A DNA stretch of 63,982 nucleotides, the filler included, from an uncultured bacterium (GTDB taxonomy: Bacteria > Auribacterota > CAZIXI01), in the NCBI GenBank assembly GCA_964543115.1. It is 8 parts of 8 records of this genome, joined end to end, with 100 filler letters (N's around TTAATTAATTAA, not from the genome) between each part and the next. Parts side by side here need not be neighbours in the genome. Positions count along the whole stretch, not along the records: positions 8,845 to 17,579 come from CAZIXI010000146.1; positions 17,680 to 26,411 come from CAZIXI010000147.1; 6 more parts are not named here. One strand, written 5' to 3'. Made by a program: the position numbers and the translations under genes. How positions within the stretch are numbered: position 1 is the first letter of the stretch; every line of letters starts with the position of its first letter. Positions 11,801 through 22,300 of this stretch are shown here, in pieces. The notes below the pieces were generated by a model. The model was not told where the DNA came from. It did no database searches and was given only the letters and a program-made list of their open reading frames with translations.

Positions 11801-12748
11801 GCTCAAGTACGAGGACAAGTCCGAGAATAAATACGAGGACAAGTTCTCGTAGTAGGCTTGAGTAGAAATCCTGCCCAGTTTATAAAGAACAGATTTTTTT
11901 AACAGGACATTTTTTTCTTCCTCAGGCAATTGCTTCTCCAACTCCCGCAAGAATGACTGCTGCTCCTTTTCTACCTGAGTAAAATCAACCTTTTCCTGCA
12001 TCTTCTGACACTGCCGGTAAATACTTAGATTAAGGTAATCACCTATCCTCCGTAAACTGCCAAGATAATTAATATAATCCGGCAAAGAGAGTGTGGTATT
12101 TTGATAGGCCCGGAGGTTATTCAGAAATATGTTTTGGCTGGAACTCAGTTTTTTTCTCTTTTCCGCCAATTGCTCTCTGCGCTTATCCAGATAAGGCTGC
12201 CATTGCTTCTTTTCGCGGATGACTTTCTGGAACTCTTCTAGGTTAGAAAAATACGTTTGGGGATCCTCTACGCCAGCCAGGATTGTATCTTTATCCTCTA
12301 TGCCGGCATAATATTCCGCCGCGCTCAAATGAGAGTTTTTAAGCAGATATTGGCCGATGGCCTGTTGCCGATCTGGTTTGGGTATAGCCGATAATAGGCT
12401 TTTATCCACCCGGCCGCTGGCCCCTTCCACTCCGATAAGCAAGGGCAACCCGCCGCTAAAGGACTTTATCTGCTTTAAAATATTAACGATATTTTTTTGG
12501 GCGGAATAATTGGCATGGGCATCCTGAATTATGATTAGCGGATTTTCAGCCTGAGTTCCTTCAGGAGACCATTGTTTGTTAATAACTCCCAGATGATGAG
12601 GAATGACCAAATCAGCGAAATGACCCGCCGGCACCTCGGCCTGCGGCTGAAAAGAAAGGTTGGCGCCGACAGCACGCGCAACCCCTAAAGGCTGTGCCTG
12701 AAGAGACAGCTGCGATAACAGACAGCAAATTAGAATCAGACAGTGAAC
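8845..12748 (-). CDS. Giant secreted protein paralog 2 (about 1300 aa or more, 3'-truncated, split by a 10-N gap at 11525-11534)
   Basis: ORF 11483-12634 has IIIQDAHANYSAQ and IGVEGASG. After the gap the frame of ORF 8797-11457 reads TARKFYQTAISRDRILADNFL...VLVTGGFH, colinear with giant 1 (TAEDFYRQALARDEVLTDNLL...VVTGGFH). The frame is open from 12748 with hydrophobic LILICCLLSQLSLQAQPLG. Cargo includes NHEHHH (HExxH) and an EKARQ repeat. Confidence 0.8.
9844..9889 (+). repeat. Dispersed spacer+hairpin repeat, antisense copy inside giant gene 2
   Basis: CAGTTTATAATATTCCTCTCTAGCA-GCCCCAAGC-GAA-GCTTGGGGC; read on the coding (minus) strand as PQASLGAAREEYYKL. Confidence 0.85.
9905..10043 (-). 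repeat. 24-bp coding tandem repeat encoding (E/A)AAEKARQ, a TolA-like charged helical linker
   Basis: Unit CTGCCTGGCCTTCTCCGCCGCGGC with variants; protein EAAAEKARQAAAEKARQAAVEKARQEEAEKARQEAAERARKEAAEE. Confidence 0.9.
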
Positions 12749-13035
12749 TTAAACCAGAATAAGTGCTTCTTTGTATATATATTAATATGGCCCCCCAAAT
12801 ATTATATATTGCCATCTAAAAGTAATAAGCCACGGAAAGCAGTATCTGTCAATGGGGAGACTTATTTTTTTCCAGGCAGTTGCAAACGACTATTGCTCCA
12901 TTTCGGAACTATTAGCTGGAAATTACTTATTGATCTGCTCTGTAAGTACCTTATTACCATATGCTTATAAAACACAAAAGACTTGGCATTGAATATGCTC
13001 TTCTATTGAGAGAAACCCGACAAAGGAAGGTAACA

Positions 13036-13257
13036 ATGAGGGGGAACAAACGGCATCTTTCAGGAAAAAAATGCTGTTTTTGTTATTCAACCGTATCCAC
13101 TGCGGAAATAAAACAAAAATACGGGCTTTGCTCAGCCTGTTACCAAACATATGTAAACTGGTACAAAAAAGCTTACTATCGAAGCACAATATTTGAGATG
13201 TTAAAAACCAATAGCTGCCTGCTCTGCCAGCTTAGCGGCAGCTGCCAATTACACTAA
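13036..13257 (+). CDS. Small Cys-rich (double CxxC, putative zinc-binding) protein A, 73 aa
   Basis: AGGAAGG RBS before ATG 13036; CCFC...YGLCSACY...W...CLLC; paralogous to the next ORF. Confidence 0.65.
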   Translation: MRGNKRHLSGKKCCFCYSTVSTAEIKQKYGLCSACYQTYVNWYKKAYYRSTIFEMLKTNSCLLCQLSGSCQLH

Positions 13258-13284
13258 TAATGATCTCAGGGAAAATAAATTAAT

Positions 13285-13479
13285 ATGAAAAACAACGTGA
13301 ATTTAATTACGGAATGCGGCTACTGCGCAAAAAAAGTCAGTTTCTGGCAGGCCCTTAAACAATTCGGGTTATGTAAAAGCTGTTACCATAGTTACGAGGA
13401 ATGGTTCCGCTGCACCTACTGTCAGGGCTCCGGCATCGACCGCCTGACAAAAAACAAGTGCCCTTTATGCAACGATTAG
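13285..13479 (+). CDS. Small Cys-rich (four CxxC, putative zinc-binding) protein B, 64 aa
   Basis: CGYC...FGLCKSCY...W..CTYC.GSG......CPLC; the last two pairs resemble a DnaJ-type CxxCxGxG zinc finger. Confidence 0.65.
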   Translation: MKNNVNLITECGYCAKKVSFWQALKQFGLCKSCYHSYEEWFRCTYCQGSGIDRLTKNKCPLCND

Positions 13480-13486
13480 ATTATAT

Positions 13487-14560
13487 TTACAGCTCCGCGA
13501 ACATCACCTGTAAGAGCAGCTTCAGGCTGATGTTGCGGGAAAGGCCGGTTCTGATCTTATCCACCGTAGCCAGCCGCAAGCAAAGCTCTTCTGTGTCCAG
13601 TTTCCCGGCCCAGTATTCTATTTTATCTTGAAAGTCTGCGTTAAGTAATAGTTCCGGTTTCTTGCTGTGATGATAAATCAAGATATCACGGTACCAGCTG
13701 GTCACAAGCCCCAGCACCTGCTCCACCTCATTCTTATACTCACCGGCGATAAAGGCCTCCTCTTCTTGCTTGGTTACCCCTTCCCGGCCCTCCTCACGCA
13801 GCTTTTTGGTAAGATCTTCTTTGAATTCATTAAGCCCGGCAATAATCTCGTCCACTCTCCCCAGCATTTCCCCGGCCTCAGCAAAAGAACCTTTAGCCAG
13901 CAGCTGTAATAGTAACTGTCTGCGGCCGGCCATTTTTTCATCCCTCAACTTAAGCGCCCTTTCCATACTGCCCAGACCCAAACGGCTAAACAGCCTGGCC
14001 TCCTTAGGCGCAAGTCCTATTTTCTGCTCCAGTAAACAGATCATGTCTTCGGGCAGTAAATGAAAAAATTGTATTTCCTGCGCCCGGCTCCTGATTGTGG
14101 GCAGCAGGGCCTCCGGCTGCTGGGTTACTAAGATTAAAACCGAATTCGCCGGCGGCTCCTCCAGCGTCTTTAATAAGGCATTACCAGCGGGCGGGGTCAG
14201 GGTATGGGCATCAACAATAATCGCCGCCTTCATCCTGCCGCTGTAGGCCTTCCAGGAAAGAGCCTGCTGCATCCGCCGTACCTGATCGATTTTGATGCGC
14301 CGGCTGCGGGCAACGGGAAAGACCCAGGTAACATCCGGATGACGAAACTCCGCTATCTGCCGGCAGGCGGAACACTGCCCGCAGGCATCAGCTTTTTTAT
14401 CCAGACAATTAAGTGCCTGGGCGAAATTAAGCGCGGTTAACTGTTTACCAACTCCGGCCGGACCGTAGAATAGATAGGTATGGGCAATCCTCTCCAAACT
14501 GATTGCCTGCTGCAACAACTTAACGGCGCGTGATTGACCTTTAATCTCTTGAAAAGACAT
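13487..14560 (-). CDS. holB: DNA polymerase III delta-prime subunit
   Basis: AHTYLFYGPAGVGK, CGQCSAC zinc motif, HPDV, IKIDQVR, ANALLKTLEEPP-like motif, LLPTIRSR. Confidence 0.93.
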   Translation of the reverse strand: MSFQEIKGQSRAVKLLQQAISLERIAHTYLFYGPAGVGKQLTALNFAQALNCLDKKADACGQCSACRQIAEFRHPDVTWVFPVARSRRIKIDQVRRMQQALSWKAYSGRMKAAIIVDAHTLTPPAGNALLKTLEEPPANSVLILVTQQPEALLPTIRSRAQEIQFFHLLPEDMICLLEQKIGLAPKEARLFSRLGLGSMERALKLRDEKMAGRRQLLLQLLAKGSFAEAGEMLGRVDEIIAGLNEFKEDLTKKLREEGREGVTKQEEEAFIAGEYKNEVEQVLGLVTSWYRDILIYHHSKKPELLLNADFQDKIEYWAGKLDTEELCLRLATVDKIRTGLSRNISLKLLLQVMFAEL

Positions 14561-14631
14561 AATATTTGGCTAAAAAACTTATAAAAAAACTCTTATTTAA
14601 AATCAACAACTTGAGGTTATAGATGAAACTT

Positions 14632-14710
14632 TTAAACCACAGAGGACACAGAGATCACAGAGAACAACCATTACTTGAACTCTGTGTCCTCCGTGAACTC
14701 CGTGGTTTAA
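14632..14710. repeat. Inverted pair of 9-mer microrepeat arrays (CACAGAGnn / nnCTCTGTG) forming a long hairpin
   Basis: TTAAACCACAGAGGACACAGAGATCACAGAG...CTCTGTGTCCTCCGTGAACTCCGTGGTTTAA. Confidence 0.8.
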
Positions 14711-14766
14711 TATCACTTTCTATTATGTTTCAACTAACTTAAAATACTTATTACTTAATTTTTTCT

Positions 14767-16191
14767 TTATAATCTCTCTCTCAGCATCTTCTGCACCAGC
14801 TGCGGGTTGGCCTTACCGCGGGTGATCTTCATTACCTGCCCCACCAAGAACATCAATGCGGCCTGTTTCCCGGCCTTAAAATCAGCCGCGGATTTAGGAT
14901 TATCGCCGATTACCTTATCAATAATCCCATCCAGTTCATGCTCATCGGATATCTGCACCAATCCCTTTTCTTTAATAATCTGTTCCGGTTCTTTACCCGT
15001 CTGATACATTTCGCTAAATACATTTTTAGCAATCTTCCCGGAGATAGTTCCTTTTTCAATCAGAGCGACTAATTTTCCTAAATTAACGGCAGATATCGGT
15101 GACTGGCCGGCAGTTATTCCCTGATTATTTAATTCCCGCAGTAACTCACTCATTATCCAATTACTCACCAGTTTAGCGCTGGCCCCGGTTTTTACCGCTC
15201 CTTCAAAATAATCCGCTAATTGCCGTTCACTGGTCAATACCCCGGCATCATAAGGCGGCAGACCATACTCGCCAACGAATCTCTGCCTGCGTTCAGCCGG
15301 CATTTCCGGTAGAGATTTTTTTATCTCCGCCACAAATTCTGCTGAAAGAACCAGCGGCACAAGATCCGGTTCCGGAAAATAACGATAATCATGCGCCTCT
15401 TCCTTACTGCGCATGGACTTGGTTATTTCTTTATCGGCATCCCAGAGCCGGGTTTCCTGCACGATCTCCTGCCCCTCCGCCAACACCTTCCCCTGCCTCT
15501 CTATTTCATAACTAAGCGCTTTTTGCACGCCCTTAAAGGAATTCATATTCTTAATTTCAGCCTTAACTCCCAATCCCTGTGTCCCCTGCGGACGCAATGA
15601 AATATTGGCGTCACAACGCAGACTTCCCTCTTCCATATTACAATCACATACCCCTAGATAAAGCAGGATTTGTTTCAATTTAGTTAAATAATCATGGGCC
15701 TCGTCCGCCGTATTAATATCCGGTTCCGTCACTATCTCCAAGAGCGGTGTGCCCGTACGGTTAAGATCAACAAAACTGGCCTTCCCATCAGGACTATGAA
15801 TAAGCTTACCCGCGTCTTCCTCCAGATGCGCCCGTTTAATTCTTATCCGTTTAGTTTCTCCGTTTACCGCTATATCCACATAACCGTTTTCCGTTAGCGG
15901 CTTATCATACTGGGATATCTGGTAATTCTTGGGCAGATCGGGATAATAATAATTCTTCCGGTCGAACTTGGAAAAGGAGGAGATCTGACAACCGAGCGCC
16001 AGACCGGTAAACACGGCGTATTCCACCACCTTCCGGTTAAGCACCGGCAGCACCCCGGGCAGACCCAGGCACACCGGGCAGGTCTGTGTATTGGGCTGGG
16101 CACCGAATCTGGTAGAACAACCGCAAAACACCTTGGACTCTGTTTTTAACTGCGCGTGGACTTCCAGTCCAATCACCGGTTCATATTGCAT
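14767..16191 (-). CDS. gatB: Asp/Glu-tRNA amidotransferase subunit B
   Basis: [63 protein letters not shown]. Confidence 0.97.
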   Translation of the reverse strand: MQYEPVIGLEVHAQLKTESKVFCGCSTRFGAQPNTQTCPVCLGLPGVLPVLNRKVVEYAVFTGLALGCQISSFSKFDRKNYYYPDLPKNYQISQYDKPLTENGYVDIAVNGETKRIRIKRAHLEEDAGKLIHSPDGKASFVDLNRTGTPLLEIVTEPDINTADEAHDYLTKLKQILLYLGVCDCNMEEGSLRCDANISLRPQGTQGLGVKAEIKNMNSFKGVQKALSYEIERQGKVLAEGQEIVQETRLWDADKEITKSMRSKEEAHDYRYFPEPDLVPLVLSAEFVAEIKKSLPEMPAERRQRFVGEYGLPPYDAGVLTSERQLADYFEGAVKTGASAKLVSNWIMSELLRELNNQGITAGQSPISAVNLGKLVALIEKGTISGKIAKNVFSEMYQTGKEPEQIIKEKGLVQISDEHELDGIIDKVIGDNPKSAADFKAGKQAALMFLVGQVMKITRGKANPQLVQKMLRERL

Positions 16192-16270
16192 TAGTAATTC
16201 CTTATGACTATATTTTTATTTACCGCAAGTACCAATCTGTGGCCTGTTTGCAGAACAAAGCGGGAAGGCA

Positions 16271-16611
16271 TTAATGGCTTTGAAGTATTCTCTTTATATC
16301 AACTTTAAGTTTCGAAATATCAGTTGTAGCAGTTACCCATACCGCCTCAATATCAACGCCAAAATAGTCGTGGATAAGTTTATCCCTCATTCCAGTAATA
16401 TCTTTCCAGGGAATATTCTTATTTTTGCTGCGTATTTCGCAGAAATCCTTTTGGCTGCTTCTCCAATTATTTCAATCTCTCTTATAACTCCATCTTGAAG
16501 CAGACTATTCTCGACAAATTCGCTATGCTTGATTCCTTCTAGATATTTTTCGATTTTAGCTATAGCGTCTACCATATGATTCAAATAAACAGAATCATCT
16601 TTACTGTTCAT
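16271..16611 (-). pseudogene. hepT: HepT-like (DUF86/HEPN) ribonuclease toxin, frameshifted
   Basis: The N-terminal half (DDSVYLNHM...IREIEIIGEAAKRIS) stops early. The C-terminal half IPWKDITGMRDKLIHDYFGVDIEAVW, with the RX4H motif, lies in a shifted frame ending at 16271. The shift is near TCT GCG AAA TAC (about 16430-16440). Confidence 0.8.
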
Positions 16612-16891
16612 AAACCGTCTCCATTTCCGACATAATTCTGTCTTTCAGATACGGACTAATAGCTGCTTCTGTCAATAAATCAACTTTTCTTCCCAGAAGA
16701 GATGACAGATCTCTTTCAATCCTAACTAACTCCAGTAAGCTTTTAGTCCTGGAAAAACGCACTATTAGATCAATATCACTATCTGCCGTATCTTCCCCCC
16801 GGGCAAATGATCCAAACACACCCAGAAAAGTAATACCTTCTCTCCTATAAACATCAGTCAATTTATTATTACATAAAATATTTGGCTTCAT
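16601..16891 (-). CDS. mntA: MNT-family minimal nucleotidyltransferase antitoxin
   Basis: GVFGSFARGEDTADSDIDLIV and LLGRKVDLLT; overlaps the HEPN gene start. Confidence 0.88.
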   Translation of the reverse strand: MKPNILCNNKLTDVYRREGITFLGVFGSFARGEDTADSDIDLIVRFSRTKSLLELVRIERDLSSLLGRKVDLLTEAAISPYLKDRIMSEMETVYEQ

Positions 16892-16968
16892 TAGATTACT
16901 CCATTTAATAAGTATTTTAGCACTATAAAAGTATTCATATCAACTTAAATCTACACCCAAGGTTTAAT

Positions 16969-17579
16969 CTATATTTTTTGTGGATAACGCTGGTGCCAGT
17001 TGGTTGCTTGTTCATAGGTGTAGGCGGCCCGGAGGATGGCTTCTTCGGCAAATGGTTTGCCGATAAATTGCAGGCCCAGCGGGAGGTTTTCCTTGCTGAA
17101 ACCGCAGGGAACGGATATTGCCGGCAGGCCGGCCAAATTCGCGGAGATTGTAAAGATATCCGATAAGTACATCTGGAGAGGATTTTCTGAGCGTTCACCA
17201 ATCTTAAACGCCGGGGTGGGTGAAGTCGGGGTGACAATTAAATTCACCTGCTTGAAGGCCTCAGTAAAATCTTTGCTGATTAAGGTGCGCACCTTCTGCG
17301 CCTTTAAATAATAGGCATCATAATAGCCGGAACTCAATACATATGTGCCTAAAACCACCCGCCGTTTTACTTCCTCGCCAAATCCTTGCGCGCGGGTCTT
17401 GTTATACATCTCCAGCAAAGACATCTTGTTCCCGCTGTCAGCAGCCCGGAAACCATAGTGCGCGCCATCATAACGGGCAAGATTGGAACTCGCTTCAGCA
17501 GTCGCGATAATATAATAGGTAGCTACGGCATATTCAGTATGTGGCAGAGAAATCTCTTCGGTCACCGCGCCTAAATCTG
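16969..17579 (-). CDS. gatA: Asp/Glu-tRNA amidotransferase subunit A, C-terminal part (5'-truncated)
   Basis: [43 protein letters not shown]. Confidence 0.96.
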
Positions 17580-17679
17580 NNNNNNNNNNNNNNNNNNNNN
17601 NNNNNNNNNNNNNNNNNNNNNNNTTAATTAATTAANNNNNNNNNNNNNNNNNNNNNNNNNNNNNNNNNNNNNNNNNNNN
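17580..17679. other. Artificial contig-joining spacer
   Basis: N44-TTAATTAATTAA-N44. Confidence 0.97.
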
Positions 17680-19193
17680 ATATCAACAACACCGATTCCC
17701 TCCCCGGTCTGGTTATAAATACCGATCCTCTCCCCTTTGGCAAACATCTTTGTTTCCCGCCAGAAATGGCTGCGCACCTGCAACAACTCACAAATCGTTG
17801 CGTCAGCACGAACATCCAATCCCCGATAAGGACGAAACTCCAGCCGCAATTCACCTATTCTCTTAATTATCCTTAAAATCTGCAGATGAAGTTCTAATTC
17901 TTCCTGAATATCTTTTAACTCATCCAGGGGCTGCTTCAACAAGAAAGATTTCTTTAATTCTTCCGGCAGATCCCGGACCCGGGGCCAGAGATCCGGGCAG
18001 GAGAAACTGGGAACAGCAGTTGCCTGCGAAAACCATTCATTCAACTGACCCGCTAACCGCTTTTCGTTATCCGTCTTTTTTTCCAGGATTACATCCTTGC
18101 GCTTGGATATCTCGTCCTGAATTTCTGCCAGGCAGTCTTTTACCAGTCGTCCGCTCCGCCATAAATTATCATTTATATATTTCCTCGCCTCCTGATAATT
18201 AATAAATTCGTCGATTATCAGATACAGATTATACAAAAGCTGGCGTTCAGCCAGACGCTTTTCTTGAGAATGCTCACAAAACAGCCAAAGAAGTTTTAAT
18301 AATTGATTGTCGCGCTGCACGCCGAAATCCAGGCTTCTGATATAAACGATTAAAACCTGCCAGGGAGAACCCGCCTCGGCAATGGATTCACTAATATAAA
18401 AATCATCCATGATTTCCATTAATTTACAATAGGCGGGAAAATCTATATTGGCCAGATTTAAAGGTGTTGAAAAATCCGGGGCAACCAACTCACAGTGCTC
18501 ACCTTCCAACTTACACTGTTTGCGTTCACCGGGCGCCAAGGAAACAATCTGGAAAACCTCCGGCTGGGCAATGCTCCGGAGCTCCACCATTATCTCCTCA
18601 CCGCTCCTGATAACACTCTCAATATATATATTCCTGCTGCCGCGAACCTTAACCTGCTTTCTTTCCTGCTCCGCCGCTATTAACTCCTGCAACAGATTAT
18701 CCGGCATCTCCTCTTTTCCCAAAAAAGCCTTTTCCACCCGGCCGGCTTCGCCATGTACCTGTTTCCAGTTAATCTCCCTGCCCTTCCTGCCTTCCTTACG
18801 GCACAAAATGAGCTCTGTTAATTCATGCAGCAGGATCGCCGCCAACAGCCGTTCCTCTCTCTTTTCCACTAAATAAAGAACCAGCCGCCTGCTAAGGTAA
18901 ATATTTCCCTTACCGTCATTATAGGAAAAAAGATAATCATCCTTATCTTTAATATAAATTCCCCAACAACCATCCGGAGGCTGGACCAGCTGAATACCGG
19001 ATTTCCCTTCTTCTTTCAGGAAATTCAGCCCTTCTTTTATCCAGGAGGACAAAAAGGCGGGACAATTATCGCCGCGGAAACGTTCCGTAAACAGCTGCCC
19101 GATACGCAGGAGAATCCTGTCATCTTTAGGCAAATGATCCCGGTGGCAATGCTGCAGTAAAACATGTATATTTTGAGTGATTTTACCTTTCAT
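17680..19193 (-). CDS. Hypothetical protein (at least 504 aa, 3'-truncated) with a zincin-like HExxE...H segment
   Basis: Long ORF; GNIYLSRRL...AILLHELTELIL...QVHGEA. No signal peptide or family recognised. Confidence 0.6.
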
Positions 19194-19250
19194 AATAACC
19201 TTACTTATTGTATAATAGTAAAAATTTTAAGTAAATATATAATGTTCCCA

Positions 19251-19340
19251 CTTCGCGGCTGGACTCTGGGACTGGAACATCGTATACTACATAACAGCCA
19301 GATCGAAGACAGTAAAAAAGACTGGCTGATTGAACTATAC
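19251..19340 (+). pseudogene. Diverged 30-codon copy of the C-terminal barrel region of the downstream gene
   Basis: 72/90 nt and 25/30 aa identical to 25267-25356 (hand alignment). Confidence 0.8.
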
Positions 19341-19341
19341 A

Positions 19342-22300
19342 ATGGATAGAAAATCAATCGTTTTCGCTCTAACTTTTCTACTTATTTTCTCTCTGGGCTT
19401 TCCCTCGCCTCTTTTTAGTGAACTTACCCAACAAAAAACCATAGTTACTGTTGTCGAAGGCAAGGTGTTGTGTTTTGAGTACCCGGAGGGTATCCCCGAA
19501 GACGATGTGCGGATAGCCGCCTTTGTTAAAATGCTCTCCAAATATACCTGCAAAATAATTGTGGATGATGAACGCTATAACGCCTATATCCCGCAAGAAT
19601 CCAGACAAAAACTTAAAGGCAGACTTAAGTCCGGCATGCTTTTGCTCACTGTTTTTAATATCAGACGCATTCATGGAACAAGCTGGGACATCGTGGGCAT
19701 AGCAGAAGATATTGAATCAGGCAAAAAATACGAAGAAGGAGTAGTTAGCGCCGCCGAACCGGAAGAAGTATCGGACATCCTGGACGAAGCCTTAAAAGAA
19801 GACTCTGAACCAGCAGCAGAAAAACAAGAACAAGAGACAATCATCCAGGAAGAAACATTCATCGATCCGGTCACCCCCGATCCCGATATTGAAACTGACA
19901 TCAATGAAGATGAAGAGACAGAGGGCGAAGGTGAAGGCCCGGTTATTGACGAAGAAGAGCTGCAAGAAGAAGAAAACGAACCGGTTGTGCCGCCGGAACC
20001 GGAACCGCCGGCACCAACACCAACACCCGGCGCACCAACCGCCGCTATCCTAGCTAACCCCACCAGCGGCGCCGCGCCTTTAACCGTCAATTTTGACGGC
20101 TCCGGCAGCAGCGATCCGGACGGCAGTATTTCATCCTACAGCTGGGATTTCGGGGACGGAAACAGCACAACGGGCGCAACCGCTTCCAACACCTACACCG
20201 CTGAAGGAACATATACCGCAACATTAACCGTCACCGACAACGAGGGACTTAGTGACTCGGCTACTGTTTCAATTACCGTTTCTGCAACCGCGCTTTATTT
20301 TTACGTAGATCCTGTAAACGGAAACAACAGCAACGACGGTTCTAACCTTAATCCTTGGAAAACGATTACTTATGCCTTAACCCAAGTAACCGGCGGCACC
20401 ATTAACCTGACCGCTGGTAATTTTAACACCGCTTCCGGAGAGACGTTCCCCTTATTTATGAATACTGCTGTGGACCTCACCGGTGCCGGCAGTTCCAACA
20501 GTATTATTGATGCCGGCGGCACCGGCAGTGTCATTGTTTGCTTGACAGTAAGTGATGTTACGATAAGCGGTGTGGGCATTACCGGTGGCAGCGGACACGA
20601 ATTTGCTCCCGGTAACGGCGTGGGGGGCGGCATCGCTGCCTCTAGCAGCGGCAACTTAATAATAAATAACTGTTTAATTTACAATAATTCCTCGACGGCC
20701 CAGGGAGGAGCAATTGCGCTTGTGGGAGCCCCAACCACTATTTCTAACTGTACCATCGCTAATAATTCTTCAGCCACCGGCGGAGGCATCAGGGTGTCAG
20801 GTGCGAGCAACACAGTAACTATCGCCAATTGTACCATAGAGAATAATACAGCATCTGCTACCGGCGGAGGAGTAAGCACTTCATCAGGAACTACCACAAC
20901 AATCTCTAATTGCACGATCCAGTCAAATACCGCCGGCACCACCGGAGGAGGAATAGCAACAGCCTCCGCTTCCAGCACAATAAATGTGTATAACTCCACC
21001 ATTTCCTCAAACACCGCGATCACCGGCGGAGGAATGCACTGCCGGGCAAGCTCAACGTCAACACTTGAAGACAGCACTTTAAGCAGTAACTCTGCCAGCT
21101 CTTTGTATGACGGAATTTTTTATGAAGGAACATCATTGACGGTTAACAGATGTATCTTAAGCAGCCATACTACTAACGGATTCGCGATCTTCGCCAGCTC
21201 CAGCGCCAATGATTTCACGGTTACTAACGCGCTTTTTAACGGCAACACCGGTGATATCAGCATTACCGGCCAGTCGGGAGCCAGCTACACGATTACCAAC
21301 TGTACATTTGCCGATACTACTGTCTCCGCGGCTGCCAGTGGTTCAATCGTATTTCCGGCCGCCGGCGATGGAACATTAACTGTGCGCAACAGTATTTTCA
21401 CAAACTCTGCCGGGTTTGGCGTAACTGACCTCTCCGCTGCCGGTTCCCGCACAATTAATACAAACTATTTCTTTAATAACACCTCCGGCAACTACCGGCT
21501 GAGCAGCGTCGGGACCTTAAATACCTCTGCGGCCCTGAATACCGTTGGCTCTAACAATATCGGCAGTGACGTTGCCGTGGCACTTGTCTTTAAAGGGAGT
21601 CAGGACTGGCATTTATCTTCTTCTAATCCCAGCGGCGCCACCGGTGTGCTGGACAATCCCAATGTCAGTAACGCCCCCAGTGTTGATCTTGACGGCCGTT
21701 CACGCGACAGCACACCGGATCTCGGTTGTTATGAGTTTGTCACCGGCGACCCGCCAATAACCTGCTGGGCCTACGACAGTGTTACCAGGCAGGCGCTCTC
21801 CGCCCCGGTCATCGGGATTTACCAGGCCAACGGCACCCAGGTAGCGGTATCAACCAGTAATCCGCATACGTTTAACGTTATTCCAGGGAGATATTTCCTG
21901 GCCGTGGCCAAAGACGGCTATGCCTTTCCCAGTCAAATCAAGGCGGCAACAACCCCCGGGGATCATGGCGACATTTTCGAGGCCGGTTCACAGCCGCTCA
22001 CCATTGATATCCCGCTTGATCCGGATGGCTGGCTTTATATTGAGAAAACAGTTAATAAAAAACGCGCTCAAATCGGTGAAGTGGTTACTTATAATATCAA
22101 GGTCCAAAACAAGCACTGGTTCAAATCAGTCAGCAACGTAGAACTGGTTGATGAAATAGTTAACGGCCTGAAATATGTTTCCGGCAGCACTTATAGCGGA
22201 AGAGTAAAAATAGCTGACCCTGTAGTCAGCGGCCATAAAGCGGTATTCGATATCGGCACCGTAAACAATAACTCCACCGTTAATTACAGCTATCAGGTAC

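Noticed and set aside
19164..19349. 61-aa ORF as an independent functional gene
   Set aside because: Its only recognisable part is the 30-codon barrel remnant, its 5' part overlaps a divergent gene start, and its stop overlaps the next ATG. Recorded as a remnant instead.
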